This document shows positions 1 through 9,548 of a DNA stretch of 64,000 bases, piece by piece. Position 1 is the first letter of the stretch. Each line of letters opens with the position of its first letter. Position numbers and translations under genes: made by a program. This DNA comes from an uncultured delta proteobacterium (GTDB lineage Bacteria > Desulfobacterota > Binatia > Binatales > Binataceae): contig CAWJET010000001.1 of assembly GCA_963842085.1 (NCBI GenBank), forward strand, positions 2,336,001-2,400,000, given 5' to 3'. The notes under the pieces are model-generated. The model ran no database searches, was not told the origin of the DNA, and worked only from the letters and a program-made list of their open reading frames with translations.

Positions 1-799
1 GATCAACCTTGGCGTGTTTCATCTCGAACCGTCCGAGCTCGCCAAGCTCGCGGTCGTGCTTGTGATGGTGCGTTACCTGCGCGAGGAGCCGCCGAAAGGC
101 GGCTGGGGCCTGCGCCATATGATCGTCCCATTTATCCTGCTCGGCGTTCCCGCCGCACTCGTGCTCAAGCAGCCCGACCTCGGCACCGGGCTGGTCCTCG
201 TTCTGATCACGATCACGCTGGTTTTCGTGGCCGGCCTGAACTGGCGCACGATGCTGGTGCTGGCGATGGCGGGGATGCTCGCGGCGCCCCTGAGCTGGCA
301 TTATCTCAAGCCTTATCAACGCCAGCGCCTGGTCAGCTTCATCAATCCGCAGGCCGATCCGCTCGGCTCCGGCTACCACATCATCCAGTCCGAAATCGCG
401 ATCGGCGCCGGCGGCCCGTTCGGCAAGGGATTTCTCAAAGGCACGCAGGCGCGGTTGAATTTCCTGCCCGAGCAGAGCACCGATTTTATTTTCGCGGTTT
501 TTGCCGAAGAGTTCGGCCTGGCCGGCTCGATTCTCTTGTTGGGGTTGTACGCGGGCGTGATTGCGCGCGGAGCATATATTGCGCGTCATGCGCGCGACCG
601 CTTCGGCGCGTTACTCGCGGTTGGAGTGACGGCGATCGTCTTCTGGCAGGTGGCGGTCAACATCGGAATGGCGATCGGGATGCTGCCGGTGGTGGGAATC
701 ACGCTGCCGCTGGTGAGTTACGGCGGTTCGTCGGTGATCGCGATGATGGCGGCGATGGGTATTCTCATCAGCATCAATACCCGCCGCTACCTGTTCTGA
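1..799 (+). CDS. rodA: Rod shape-determining SEDS protein RodA (5'-truncated by the window edge)
   Basis: SEDS motifs EPSELAK, QPDLGT, DPLGSGYHIIQS, EEFG and LPLVSYGGSS; the frame is open back to the start of the window. Confidence 0.93.
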   Translation, partial: INLGVFHLEPSELAKLAVVLVMVRYLREEPPKGGWGLRHMIVPFILLGVPAALVLKQPDLGTGLVLVLITITLVFVAGLNWRTMLVLAMAGMLAAPLSWHYLKPYQRQRLVSFINPQADPLGSGYHIIQSEIAIGAGGPFGKGFLKGTQARLNFLPEQSTDFIFAVFAEEFGLAGSILLLGLYAGVIARGAYIARHARDRFGALLAVGVTAIVFWQVAVNIGMAIGMLPVVGITLPLVSYGGSSVIAMMAAMGILISINTRRYLF

Positions 800-815
800 T
801 TTCCTCGACGAGGTA

Positions 816-1067
816 ATGCAGATGGCTCACAAAAAAAAGTTCACTAACCCAACCGACATCGAAATCGTGGAGATTCATGCCCGCTTCGTCGAGGTGATGG
901 AGACCGTCAGGCTCGAAACGATCAGCCCCGAGATGAAGCAGCGCTACCTCGCAGTCATGAAGACGCTCACCGAAAAGCTCGCCGTGCCGAGCAAGCCGCT
1001 GCACGAAATCCTGGGCGAGATGATGGCCGAAGCCGGCCCGCTGATCTTCCAGGCCATGCAGCGCTAG
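816..1067 (+). CDS. Small hypothetical protein (83 aa)
   Basis: GAGG just upstream of ATG; GC3-rich codon usage; fills the gap after rodA. Confidence 0.65.
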   Translation: MQMAHKKKFTNPTDIEIVEIHARFVEVMETVRLETISPEMKQRYLAVMKTLTEKLAVPSKPLHEILGEMMAEAGPLIFQAMQR

Positions 1068-1076
1068 CGAGCGGGG

Positions 1077-2417
1077 TCACGCCTCGAAAGCGTACGCCGC
1101 TTCTTCGTGCTCGCTGAGATCGAGCCCGACCTGTTCCGATTCGTCCCTCACGCGCAGCCCGACCAGCGCGTCGGTCACCTTGAGGAGAATCGTGCTGCCG
1201 ATGAACGAAAACGCGATGCTCGCGACGACCGCCGTCGCCTGGATGAATAGCTGGCGCGGATTCCCGTAGAAGAGTCCGTTGGCGCCGGCGGCGTTGACCA
1301 GCACGCTCGCAAACAACCCGGTCGCCAGCGCGCCCCATATTCCGCCGACTGCGTGCACGCCGACTACGTCGAGCGCGTCGTCGTAGCCGAACCGCGATTT
1401 CATACGCACCGCGCTGTAGCAGAGCGCGCCTGCAACCCCTCCAATAACTATCGCCGCGCCGGGTCCGACGTAACCCGACGCCGGAGTTATCGCGACCAGT
1501 CCTGCGACCGCGCCGCTCGCCGCGCCCAACACGGTCGGCTTGCCTCCGATCCACCATTCCGCGGCGACCCAGGTGAGCGTCGCGGCGGAGGCGCCGAGGT
1601 GCGTCGCGACGAATGCGGACACCGCGAGGCCGTCGGCGGCGAGCGAACTTCCGGCGTTGAAGCCGAACCATCCAACCCACAGCAAGCCCGCGCCGGTGAC
1701 AGTCATCGTCAAGTTGTGCGGCGGCATCGGCTCGCGCCCGTAGTTGCGACGCGGACCGACCATCAGCGCGGCCGCGAGTGCGGCGACGCCCGACGAGATA
1801 TGCACCACCGTGCCGCCGGCAAAGTCGAGCGCACCCATCTCGTGAATCCATCCGCCGACGCCCCACACCCAATGCGCCAGCGGATCGTAAATCAGCGTGA
1901 TCCACATGACGCTGAAAACCAGGAAGCCTTTGAACGACATTCGCTCCGCGATCGCGCCGGTGATGAGGGCGGGCGTGATCACGGCAAACATGCACTGGTA
2001 AATCATGTACGCCTGATGCGGCACCGTCGCCGAATAAGCGGCATACGGCTGCGAGGCACTGACGCCGCTTAGGCCGGCCCACGTGAGCGCGCCGATGAAC
2101 GAGCTGCCGGGCGAGAACGCGAGGCTGTAGCCGAACAGCACCCATTGGATCGACACGATCGCGACCAGGATAAAACTCTGCATCAGCGTCGAGAGCACGT
2201 TCTTGCGCCGCACCATGCCGCCGTAGAAAAGGGCGAGCCCCGGAATCGTCATCATCAGGACGAGCGCCGACGACAGCAGCAGCCATGCGGTATCGGCGCC
2301 GTCGAACTTCTGCATGCCGGGAACCGCAGCGGCCGCAGGCGTCGCGATTGTCAGGCAGAGTGCCGTTGTCAGAACGAAAGGACCGCACACGAGCGAGCGG
2401 ATCGATTTCCGAACCAT
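1077..2417 (-). CDS. amtB: Ammonium transporter
   Basis: PGLALFYGG, QCMFAVITPALITGAIAER, DFAGGTVVH, GWFGFNAGS and DDALDVVGVH motifs; N-terminal signal peptide; GGAGG SD. Confidence 0.97.
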   Translation of the reverse strand: MVRKSIRSLVCGPFVLTTALCLTIATPAAAAVPGMQKFDGADTAWLLLSSALVLMMTIPGLALFYGGMVRRKNVLSTLMQSFILVAIVSIQWVLFGYSLAFSPGSSFIGALTWAGLSGVSASQPYAAYSATVPHQAYMIYQCMFAVITPALITGAIAERMSFKGFLVFSVMWITLIYDPLAHWVWGVGGWIHEMGALDFAGGTVVHISSGVAALAAALMVGPRRNYGREPMPPHNLTMTVTGAGLLWVGWFGFNAGSSLAADGLAVSAFVATHLGASAATLTWVAAEWWIGGKPTVLGAASGAVAGLVAITPASGYVGPGAAIVIGGVAGALCYSAVRMKSRFGYDDALDVVGVHAVGGIWGALATGLFASVLVNAAGANGLFYGNPRQLFIQATAVVASIAFSFIGSTILLKVTDALVGLRVRDESEQVGLDLSEHEEAAYAFEA

Positions 2418-2435
2418 CTTCGATGCCTCCAGTCG

Positions 2436-2466
2436 AAAAAAAGGCGGCTCAGATGAACCGCCTCTT
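2436..2466 (-). terminator. Intrinsic terminator-like hairpin after the acyl-CoA dehydrogenase gene
   Basis: Minus strand reads AAGAGGCGGTTCA-TC-TGAGCCGCC followed by a T7 run. Confidence 0.7.
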
Positions 2467-2490
2467 CGCGTACTTGAGATTGCGAGATTA

Positions 2491-3678
2491 TCAGCCCTTC
2501 GGCAGTTGCAGGATGCGCTCGCCGATCATGTTCTTCTGCACCGGCGAGGTGCCGCCCGCGATCGTCATCGATTCCGAGGCGAGGATGCGGCGCATCCAGT
2601 CGCCCTCGGGCGCGAACGGAGTGTGGCGCTCGAGCAGCGCATACTCGCCGAGGAGTCGCGTGATGAACTTGGTCATCCGCTGGCCGAGATCGGTCGAGAG
2701 CAGCTTTGAGATCGACGCTTCGGGTCCGGGCTGCTGACCCTTGAGGCGCTTCGACAGGCTGCGCAGGCCGTTGTACTTTTTGGCGGTCGCTTCGATCGCG
2801 AACTGCGCGATTTGCTGGCGGATATCGTTGTCCTCGATCGCGGGCCGGCCGTTTATCTGCACCGCTTTGGCGACCTGTACCAGCTGATGCAGCATCTGTT
2901 CGGTGCCGCCGAGCGTCTCGCCGATTCCGAACCGCTCGTGCATCAGGGTCGAGACCAGCACCTGCCATCCCATGTTCATCGGGCCGAGCAGGTTTTCCTT
3001 GGGCACGCGCACGTCTTCAAAAAAAATCTCGTTGAACTCGCTGTCTCCGGTGATTTGCTTGAGCGGACGGACGCTGACGCCCGGCGACTTCATATCGACC
3101 AGCAGTGCGCTCATCCCCTTGTGCTTGGGCACGTCGGGATCGGTGCGCACGAAAAGCTGCACGAAGTCGGCGCGATGCGCGATCGTGGTCCAGACCTTCT
3201 GGCCGTTGAGGACAAACTCGTCGCCCTTGAGTTCCGCGCGGCACTGGATCGACGCCAGATCAGAGCCCGCGCCCGGCTCCGACATTCCCTCGCACCAGAT
3301 CTCGTCGCCGGCGAGGATCGGATTCAGGTAGCGCTTTTTCTGCTCGTCGGTGCCCCACTGCATCAGCGCCGGGCCGGTCATGATCACGCCCAGCACGTTG
3401 CATCCCATTGGCAGGTTGAGCCGCCCGAGTTCCTGCTGGAAGATCACCTGCTCGATAAAGGTGGCGCCGCGGCCGCCGTATTCCTTGGGCCACGTCAGCC
3501 CGGCCCAGCCAGCGTGGTAGAGCTTTTTGTGCCAGGCCTTCAGCCGCTGCCATGCGGCGTCGTCGCCGCCGACTTCGGGGTCGTCGCCCCGCGCAAGAGA
3601 CTGCGGGCGGTTCTCTTCGAGCCATCGCCGCACGTCCAGCCGATAAGCGTCCTGTTCAGGCGTCCAGGTAAAATCCAT
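2491..3678 (-). CDS. Acyl-CoA dehydrogenase family protein
   Basis: WCEGMSEPGAGSDLAS, NGQKVWT, EFNEIFFEDVRVP and TIAGGT motifs. Confidence 0.95.
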   Translation of the reverse strand: MDFTWTPEQDAYRLDVRRWLEENRPQSLARGDDPEVGGDDAAWQRLKAWHKKLYHAGWAGLTWPKEYGGRGATFIEQVIFQQELGRLNLPMGCNVLGVIMTGPALMQWGTDEQKKRYLNPILAGDEIWCEGMSEPGAGSDLASIQCRAELKGDEFVLNGQKVWTTIAHRADFVQLFVRTDPDVPKHKGMSALLVDMKSPGVSVRPLKQITGDSEFNEIFFEDVRVPKENLLGPMNMGWQVLVSTLMHERFGIGETLGGTEQMLHQLVQVAKAVQINGRPAIEDNDIRQQIAQFAIEATAKKYNGLRSLSKRLKGQQPGPEASISKLLSTDLGQRMTKFITRLLGEYALLERHTPFAPEGDWMRRILASESMTIAGGTSPVQKNMIGERILQLPKG

Positions 3679-3803
3679 GGTCTTAGAAATTCTCCCGTTC
3701 CGAAATTCGGATCGATGCTACGCGGCATGCTCAGGCCAGCCGACTAAAGTAGCACCTCTTGAGTACCGCCCATCAGGATAGCGGAGCAAGAGCCGATACC
3801 GCG

Positions 3804-4253
3804 TCAGTTGCCGCGCTCCGGCGGCGAGCCCTCGGGCGCGAACTGCACTTTCTGACCTGCGAAGATTGCATCGAACGATAGCTGCGCAGTCGAGGAACCG
3901 GCGGTCACGATGATTCCGTAGGTGCCCGGATGCGGAATCGACATGTTGATATTGATCGCGACCGGGATTTTCACTGACGCCGTTTTGGGGACGTCCGGCG
4001 CGGGCTGACCGGTCTCAACCTGGCCTTTCATTTCCGGGACGACCGGGACCCCGGCCTCGTCGGCAATCACCACGTTCAACGGGTACTTGACGCCGACCTC
4101 GTTGGACGTGAAACCAAGGCCTATCGCAATCGCAAGCTGAACCGGCGCCGGGTAATTGGCCGCTCGAAACAGGTTCCATCCTCCGCCCAGCACAAAGACT
4201 TTGCCGCCAACCGCCTGGGCCGCATCAGCCAACAAAGCATATTCGATCTTCAT
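3804..4253 (-). CDS. Hypothetical beta-rich protein (DUF6941-like)
   Basis: Starts MKIEYALLADAAQAVGGKVFVLGGGW after a GGAGG SD; the longer ORF-track start overlaps the next gene. Confidence 0.7.
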   Translation of the reverse strand: MKIEYALLADAAQAVGGKVFVLGGGWNLFRAANYPAPVQLAIAIGLGFTSNEVGVKYPLNVVIADEAGVPVVPEMKGQVETGQPAPDVPKTASVKIPVAININMSIPHPGTYGIIVTAGSSTAQLSFDAIFAGQKVQFAPEGSPPERGN

Positions 4254-4306
4254 TTTTGAGACCTCCCACGCGCGCGCTTCATAGCAATACGCGGATATAG
4301 GCGCTG

Positions 4307-5617
4307 TCAACTTGCGGCGCGAGTCAGTTCGGATTCGGCGGCCGACAGCGCCTTGAGGACGCGCACGATATTTTGCGCCATGAAGCTGCCGAGCAGGTTC
4401 GCGCGCGCCGCGGGTTCGAGCTTGCGCGCCCGGCGGCTGACCTCGGCGCAGCGCTCGAGCATCGCAGCCTCGAGCGGCCGGAAATGCTTCCATGCGATCG
4501 GCGCCAGTCGCTCCGGTGCGCGCGCGACGATATCCTGGAGCTTCCTGAAGCGCCACCATGGCGAATCGGCTGACGGTTTTTCACCGCCTGCGGCCAACAA
4601 TGGCGGCAGCGTCCCGGCCACGAACAGCGGAAACGCGATCGACGTGCACGGCGCCGCAAGCGACGCCCATAGCACGGGGATCGTATCCGCGCTCGGTGCC
4701 GCAAGCTCGGCGACCATGCTCGCCGTGGTGCCGGCGGCCGAGCCGTGCATGCATAGCGTCGGCGAATCGTCGCGCGCTGCAGGCTCGCCCGCTGGGGGCA
4801 TTTCGCCGCGCGAACCGTGGTCGCGGAGTATCGCGAGCATCTCGCGTATCGTGCGCCGGCCGTTGCGCGACACCAGTTCGCGGCTGCGCGCCAGCCGTCC
4901 GCGCGCGTGCAGCGGATCGTCCTTGTCCTTGCCCGCATTGCCGCTCGAATAGGCGGCGGCAAAGTCGAACGACGCTTCGCCGTCGCACCATCCGCGTGCG
5001 CGCGCATAGCTTTCCACGTCGGGCGAGCCGAGGCTGCCGATGTCGATTGTCAATCGATTGGAGATGCACGCGCGCTCGTCGACGCGGCGCGCAATCCATT
5101 GTTGGCCCGAGCTCTCGAGCACGTAAGCGTCGGCGTGATCGGCAATGATGAATCCGCTGCAGTAGCGGAAATCGACGTCGTACTGCGCGGACCCGCCCTG
5201 CCCGTAGCGTTCGATCAGCGCGCCGATAATTTCAGTCGCTTCGCGCGCGGTCTTCGACCGCTCGAGCCCGAGCCTGACCAGATCCATCCCGAGCAGGCCC
5301 GTCGAAGGGAGCATCTCGCGCGTGAGCACCGCTTCGTTGCCGATCGCGACCCCATGCTCGTTGAGGCCGTGCTCGAAACCCCACAGCCAGAAGGGGCGCG
5401 AGCCGATCACCGCCGCCGTCTCGGCAACTTGCGGAATCTCGAGATACTGGCAATGCACGGTAGCGCCTTCGGGATAGACGCGGTGCATCGACTGCGACAA
5501 CGGCTGGCATTCGTACGCCGAGCGGTCGGAGTTCTTCGCGAGGAGAGTGGCGCCGGCCCGCGTAAGCGGCGCCAGCACTACGATCGTATCGCAGGAAGGA
5601 ATCGAGGACACAGCCAT
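4307..5617 (-). CDS. C69 family dipeptidase / secernin-like Ntn hydrolase
   Basis: N-terminal SCDT nucleophile, then AKNSDR, WLWGFEHGLNEHGVAIGNEAV and GMDLVRLGLER. Confidence 0.9.
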   Translation of the reverse strand: MAVSSIPSCDTIVVLAPLTRAGATLLAKNSDRSAYECQPLSQSMHRVYPEGATVHCQYLEIPQVAETAAVIGSRPFWLWGFEHGLNEHGVAIGNEAVLTREMLPSTGLLGMDLVRLGLERSKTAREATEIIGALIERYGQGGSAQYDVDFRYCSGFIIADHADAYVLESSGQQWIARRVDERACISNRLTIDIGSLGSPDVESYARARGWCDGEASFDFAAAYSSGNAGKDKDDPLHARGRLARSRELVSRNGRRTIREMLAILRDHGSRGEMPPAGEPAARDDSPTLCMHGSAAGTTASMVAELAAPSADTIPVLWASLAAPCTSIAFPLFVAGTLPPLLAAGGEKPSADSPWWRFRKLQDIVARAPERLAPIAWKHFRPLEAAMLERCAEVSRRARKLEPAARANLLGSFMAQNIVRVLKALSAAESELTRAAS

Positions 5618-5627
5618 GAGCAATTTG

Positions 5628-5715
5628 ATTGTATGTGAAACCCGCGGTGGGTTTCACGCTTCCTTCGGCAGGAGCCAGCCCCTGCACCCGGTGTTAAGAA
5701 ATAGACGCGGGCTTC
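5628..5715 (+). repeat. Dispersed modular palindromic repeat, copy A
   Basis: ATTGTAT-GTGAAACCC-N5-GGGTTTCAC-GCTTCC..GGCAGG..CCTGCACCCGGTG..AAGAA..GCGGG-CTTC; matches copies at about 7892-8010 and 13521-13696. Confidence 0.85.
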
Positions 5716-5725
5716 ACCCTCTGGT

Positions 5726-5762
5726 TCCCTCGCCCGTTATCGGGAGAGGGTTAGGGTGAGGG
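5726..5762. repeat. REP-like element (CCCTCACCCTAACCCTCTCCC type)
   Basis: CCCTCGCCCG..CGGGAGAGGG-TTAGGGTGAGGGG hairpin directly appended to repeat copy A. Confidence 0.65.
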
Positions 5763-6225
5763 ACATTGGTGCGGCGCGATTGTCTGGTGCGCCGCACATC
5801 CGAGCCGCTGCATTGCCCAGAACAACTGCAACGACCCCCAATGCTCGCGCGAAAGATTGCACCATAGTCTTTGGCGCTGGAATGAGTATTAGCGGCACCC
5901 GGACGCTTACTTTCTGAGGTAGTCAATGGCTACACTCGAATATCGGAGTATTGCAGGCGTTCCAGGCATTGTTTACCGGCCTGATGGCGCAAAATGGCTA
6001 CTTGAAGATTCCCGTCGCGGACATAAATCGCGGGCTCGTCCAGTATATTATCCAGTGGGGCGTGGTGATGGTGAGCGCCGGCCGGCTACTTCCCAACCAC
6101 CCCACAGTTTCTTGGTCTGGAACAACAATCCTGGTCCCGACTCGACTGATGCCTCGCAAGGCTTTTACTGAGTTGCGATGGGATTCTGAGGCGATCGACG
6201 AAAGCCGGTGTATGAGGTCCGCGCG

Positions 6226-6449
6226 ATGAGGAAGCTCAGCCCCGTCCACTGGAAGCGCCTGAGGTGCGTGTTCGAACACGACGGTTTCGTCTTCAAACCC
6301 GGCAAAGGCGACCACTGGAAGGGCGAAAAAGCGGGCGTCGCGAGACCGATTGTCATTCCGGCCTATGACGAAGTAGGTCTCGACATAATTCGATCATGCA
6401 TGCGGGAATGACGCGTGAACGTTACCTGCAACTGTTGGAGAAGTGCTAA
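6226..6449 (+). pseudogene. hicA: HicA-family toxin, frameshifted near the 3' end
   Basis: MRKLSPVHWKRLRCVFEHDGF..GKGDH..RPIVIP..IIRSCM stops at 6411; the expected tail AGMTRERYLQLLEKC* continues in another frame to TAA 6447-6449. Confidence 0.75.
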
Positions 6450-6455
6450 GTGCGA

Positions 6456-6779
6456 TCAGGCGGAGGCGGCGGTAGGGTGCACGCGCTCGATCGAGAATGG
6501 CAGCGGAACAATCACTTCCTTCTGGCCGCGCGCGGCGGTTCTCAATTTCGGATGGCGGCCGACGGCCGGCACAAATCCTGCCTCGCGCAAAACGATTTCC
6601 AGCGTGCCACGCTCGTAGCAACTGAGCAGAAAAGTTGCGAGCGCGTCCTTCAAATTGCGCTCTGCTTGTTCGCGCGTGTGGCCCTGCGAATGGACATCGA
6701 GCAATTTACACGAGGAGATGAACCACTTCCCCTTTTTTCTTACTTGCGCGGGCAGCTTGAATTCCATCGAGGCTTGCAT
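6456..6779 (-). CDS. hicB: HicB-family antitoxin (N-terminal domain, no clear HTH/RHH)
   Basis: WFISSCKLLDVHSQGHTREQAERNLKDAL matches the HicB SQGxTxEEAxxNLxEA pattern. Confidence 0.8.
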   Translation of the reverse strand: MQASMEFKLPAQVRKKGKWFISSCKLLDVHSQGHTREQAERNLKDALATFLLSCYERGTLEIVLREAGFVPAVGRHPKLRTAARGQKEVIVPLPFSIERVHPTAASA

Positions 6780-6821
6780 ATCGGCGACCTGCTGATGGTC
6801 GTATCATAGCTGCTCACGCCG

Positions 6822-7535
6822 GTGAATCGTAAGAGCCAATTCTCGTACCTGTGCAACGCCTGCGGGCGATGCTGCCACGACAAGGTGATCACGCTGTCGC
6901 CGTACGACGTGCTCTGCCTCGCGCGCGCCGCCAACGTCACCACGCGCGAGGCGCTCGCTCGCTACACGATCCGGCGCGGCTCGATTCTGAAATTCCGCGA
7001 CGTCGGCGCCTGCGTGGCGCTCGAAGGCGCACGATGCGGCGTTTATGCCGGGCGCCCGCTCGCCTGCCGGCTCTATCCGCTGGGAATCGAACGCATCAAC
7101 GACGCTGACGGCGAGAAATTCGTGATGCTCGAACCGGCGGCGGGCTCGCCGGGCGTTTATGGCATCGACGGCACCGTGAATGACTTCCTCGACGCACAAG
7201 GCGTCGCACCGTATCTCCGGGCGAACGTGCGCTATGCGTCGTTGCTCGCCGTCTTTCGCGAGCGCATCGCGGCCACGGTCGATTTCGATCGCGTCGAGCC
7301 GCGCGAGTTCTGGCGGCGCGCCGCTCGCGAAGCGCTCGCGGAGTCGAACTACGACGCCAATCCGCTGATCGACGCGATATTCGGCGGAGCCGGCGCTGCT
7401 CGCATCGACGATACGGCAATGATCGACGCGCATCTCGAACGCCTTGCCGGGATGATCAGGCACGAGACCGATGCGGCGCTGCTCGCGGCGGCGGCGGTGA
7501 TGCTCGCGGTGAGCCTGGGGCGGGAGCCAGGCTAG
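6822..7535 (+). CDS. YkgJ family cysteine-cluster protein
   Basis: CNACGRCC plus C..LEG.RC.VY..RP..CR.YP. Confidence 0.85.
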   Translation: MNRKSQFSYLCNACGRCCHDKVITLSPYDVLCLARAANVTTREALARYTIRRGSILKFRDVGACVALEGARCGVYAGRPLACRLYPLGIERINDADGEKFVMLEPAAGSPGVYGIDGTVNDFLDAQGVAPYLRANVRYASLLAVFRERIAATVDFDRVEPREFWRRAAREALAESNYDANPLIDAIFGGAGAARIDDTAMIDAHLERLAGMIRHETDAALLAAAAVMLAVSLGREPG

Positions 7536-7558
7536 GCGAGACTCTTTCTCCCCTTTCG

Positions 7559-7825
7559 CTACTGCGCCTTCAGCCGCGGATCGTTGGCCGGCACGCAAAT
7601 CGAGTACGAATACCGCTTGACGTAAATGTTGGCGCTATCGTTCTTCTCCGCGGCGATAACGATCGCCCGATAGTTTTCGCAGTTCTCCTGCGAGCTGAAG
7701 CTGTCGACCCGTTCCCACTCCGAAATCGGCGTCTCGCGCTGCAATCCCCGCCGCGCACAATCGATCGACGGCGCCATCAGGATCCAACCACTGAAAACAA
7801 CCGCCGCGAAATGCCCGAATCTCAT
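7559..7825 (-). CDS. Small exported hypothetical protein with cysteines
   Basis: Hydrophobic N-terminus, then GWILMAP...EW...SFSS..CE...CVPANDPRLK. Confidence 0.65.
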   Translation of the reverse strand: MRFGHFAAVVFSGWILMAPSIDCARRGLQRETPISEWERVDSFSSQENCENYRAIVIAAEKNDSANIYVKRYSYSICVPANDPRLKAQ

Positions 7826-7891
7826 AAGGTCGCTTATCGCGATAATCCCGCCCGCCCGCAAGCAGCGCTGCTCTTCACCTAACGGTTCTAA

Positions 7892-8010
7892 CAGAGACGA
7901 AGTCCCGCATCTTGTTTTTTCACCGGGTGCAGAGCCTGTCCTGAGCGAAGCCGAAGGAGGCCATCCCTGCCCGCGGAAGCGTGAAACCCACGGCGCGTTT
8001 CACATACAAT
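7892..8010 (-). repeat. Dispersed modular palindromic repeat, copy B, with a nested CCTGTCCTGAGCGAAGCCGAAGGA unit at 7935-7958
   Basis: Reverse complement reproduces the copy A modules in the same order. Confidence 0.85.
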
Positions 8011-8022
8011 TACCTTCCTCCG

Positions 8023-9417
8023 ATGTACGCCGCCGACACGATCGTCGCGCCTGCCACCGCGCCGGGAATCGGCGCCGTCGCGATCGTGCGCCTGTCCGGC
8101 CCGCGCGCTTTCGAAATCCTCGACTCGATCTTTTGCTCCGCGCATTCTGCCGAAATGACGCCCAGGATGCTGCGTCTTGGCGACGTTATGGATCCCGCGA
8201 CGGGCGCGCGCATCGATCGCGCGCTTGCCGTCGTGATGCCGCAACCCGCGAGCCTCACCGGCGAGGATGTCGCCGAAATCCAATGCCACGGCGGTCCGTT
8301 CGTTGTCCGCCGCATCATTGCACTCGCGCTCGAAGCGGGTGCGCGCCTTGCCGAGCCGGGCGAATTCACCCGCCGCGCGTTCCTGAACGGGCGCATCGAT
8401 CTCGCCGAGGCCGAGGCGGTTGCCGATATCGTCGCCGCGCGCAGCGACTCCGCACTTGCGATCGCGCTGGAGCAACTCTCAGGCGCACTCTCCGCGCGCG
8501 TCGCCGAGCTTCGCGCCCAGATTGTCGCAATTCGCGCGCATCTCGAGGTCGAAATCGATTTCTCCGACGAAGACATCCGTCTGCCGTCGCGGCGCGAAGT
8601 CGCCGCCGAAATCGAGCGCCTGATCGCCGACGTTGCGGTCCTGCACAACAGTTTTGCGCTCGGCCTCCTGATGCGCGACGGCGTGCGCGCGACCATCGTC
8701 GGCAAGCCCAACGCCGGCAAGTCGAGCCTGATGAATTTGCTGCTGGGCGCCGACCGCGCCATCGTCACGGAGATCGCAGGCACCACCCGCGACGTGGTCG
8801 AAGACTCGGTCCAGCTTGGCCCCTACGCGCTGGTCCTCAACGACACCGCCGGCGTCCGCGACTCGGCCGATGACGTCGAGCGAATCGGAATCGAGCGCAC
8901 ACTACGTTCGGCGCGCGACGCCGACCTGCTGATCGCGATGTTCGATTCGGCGCGCCCACTCGACTCCGCCGATTTCGACGTGATTCGCCTCACGGCCGGC
9001 CGCGCGGGACTCGCTATTCTCAACAAGCGCGATCTGCCTGCCGCAATTGCCACCGCCGATCTCCGCGAACACGGCCTGGACCTGCCGATTCTGCCGTTGT
9101 CCGCAATCAACCTCGACGAAGCAGCCCCGCTGCGCGCCGAGCTGACAAAAGTAATCGCCGCGCTCACGGCGCCATCTCCGTCGGCGCCTTCGTCCAGCAA
9201 TCAAATCGCAATCTCCCGCGAGCGCCATCGCGATGCGCTAGCGATAGCTCTGGGAGCGCTCAAGAACGCCCACGGCGCTGCGCTCTCCCTGATGCCGCCG
9301 GAAATCGTCGCCGTCGACATAATGGCCGCCGCCACCGCACTTGGCTCGATCACCGGCGAAGTCAGCGGCGAGGACATCCTCGACGCCATCTTCCGCGACT
9401 TCTGCATCGGCAAGTGA
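8023..9417 (+). CDS. mnmE: tRNA modification GTPase MnmE
   Basis: DTIVAPAT, TGEDVAEIQCHGG, GEFTRRAFLNG, GKPNAGKSS, GTTRD, DTAG, NKRD and C-terminal FCIGK. Confidence 0.98.
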   Translation: MYAADTIVAPATAPGIGAVAIVRLSGPRAFEILDSIFCSAHSAEMTPRMLRLGDVMDPATGARIDRALAVVMPQPASLTGEDVAEIQCHGGPFVVRRIIALALEAGARLAEPGEFTRRAFLNGRIDLAEAEAVADIVAARSDSALAIALEQLSGALSARVAELRAQIVAIRAHLEVEIDFSDEDIRLPSRREVAAEIERLIADVAVLHNSFALGLLMRDGVRATIVGKPNAGKSSLMNLLLGADRAIVTEIAGTTRDVVEDSVQLGPYALVLNDTAGVRDSADDVERIGIERTLRSARDADLLIAMFDSARPLDSADFDVIRLTAGRAGLAILNKRDLPAAIATADLREHGLDLPILPLSAINLDEAAPLRAELTKVIAALTAPSPSAPSSSNQIAISRERHRDALAIALGALKNAHGAALSLMPPEIVAVDIMAAATALGSITGEVSGEDILDAIFRDFCIGK

Positions 9418-9548
9418 CAGGGCGGATCCTGAATGAGTCTGGTCCTGTTCGACCAGGACAGAGGCAGGAGCTACGCGCTTAAATGGAGATCGTGCTATGC
9501 GAAGATGATTGCGCAAGCCGGCATGCGCGCAATCGCGGGAGATCGAAA

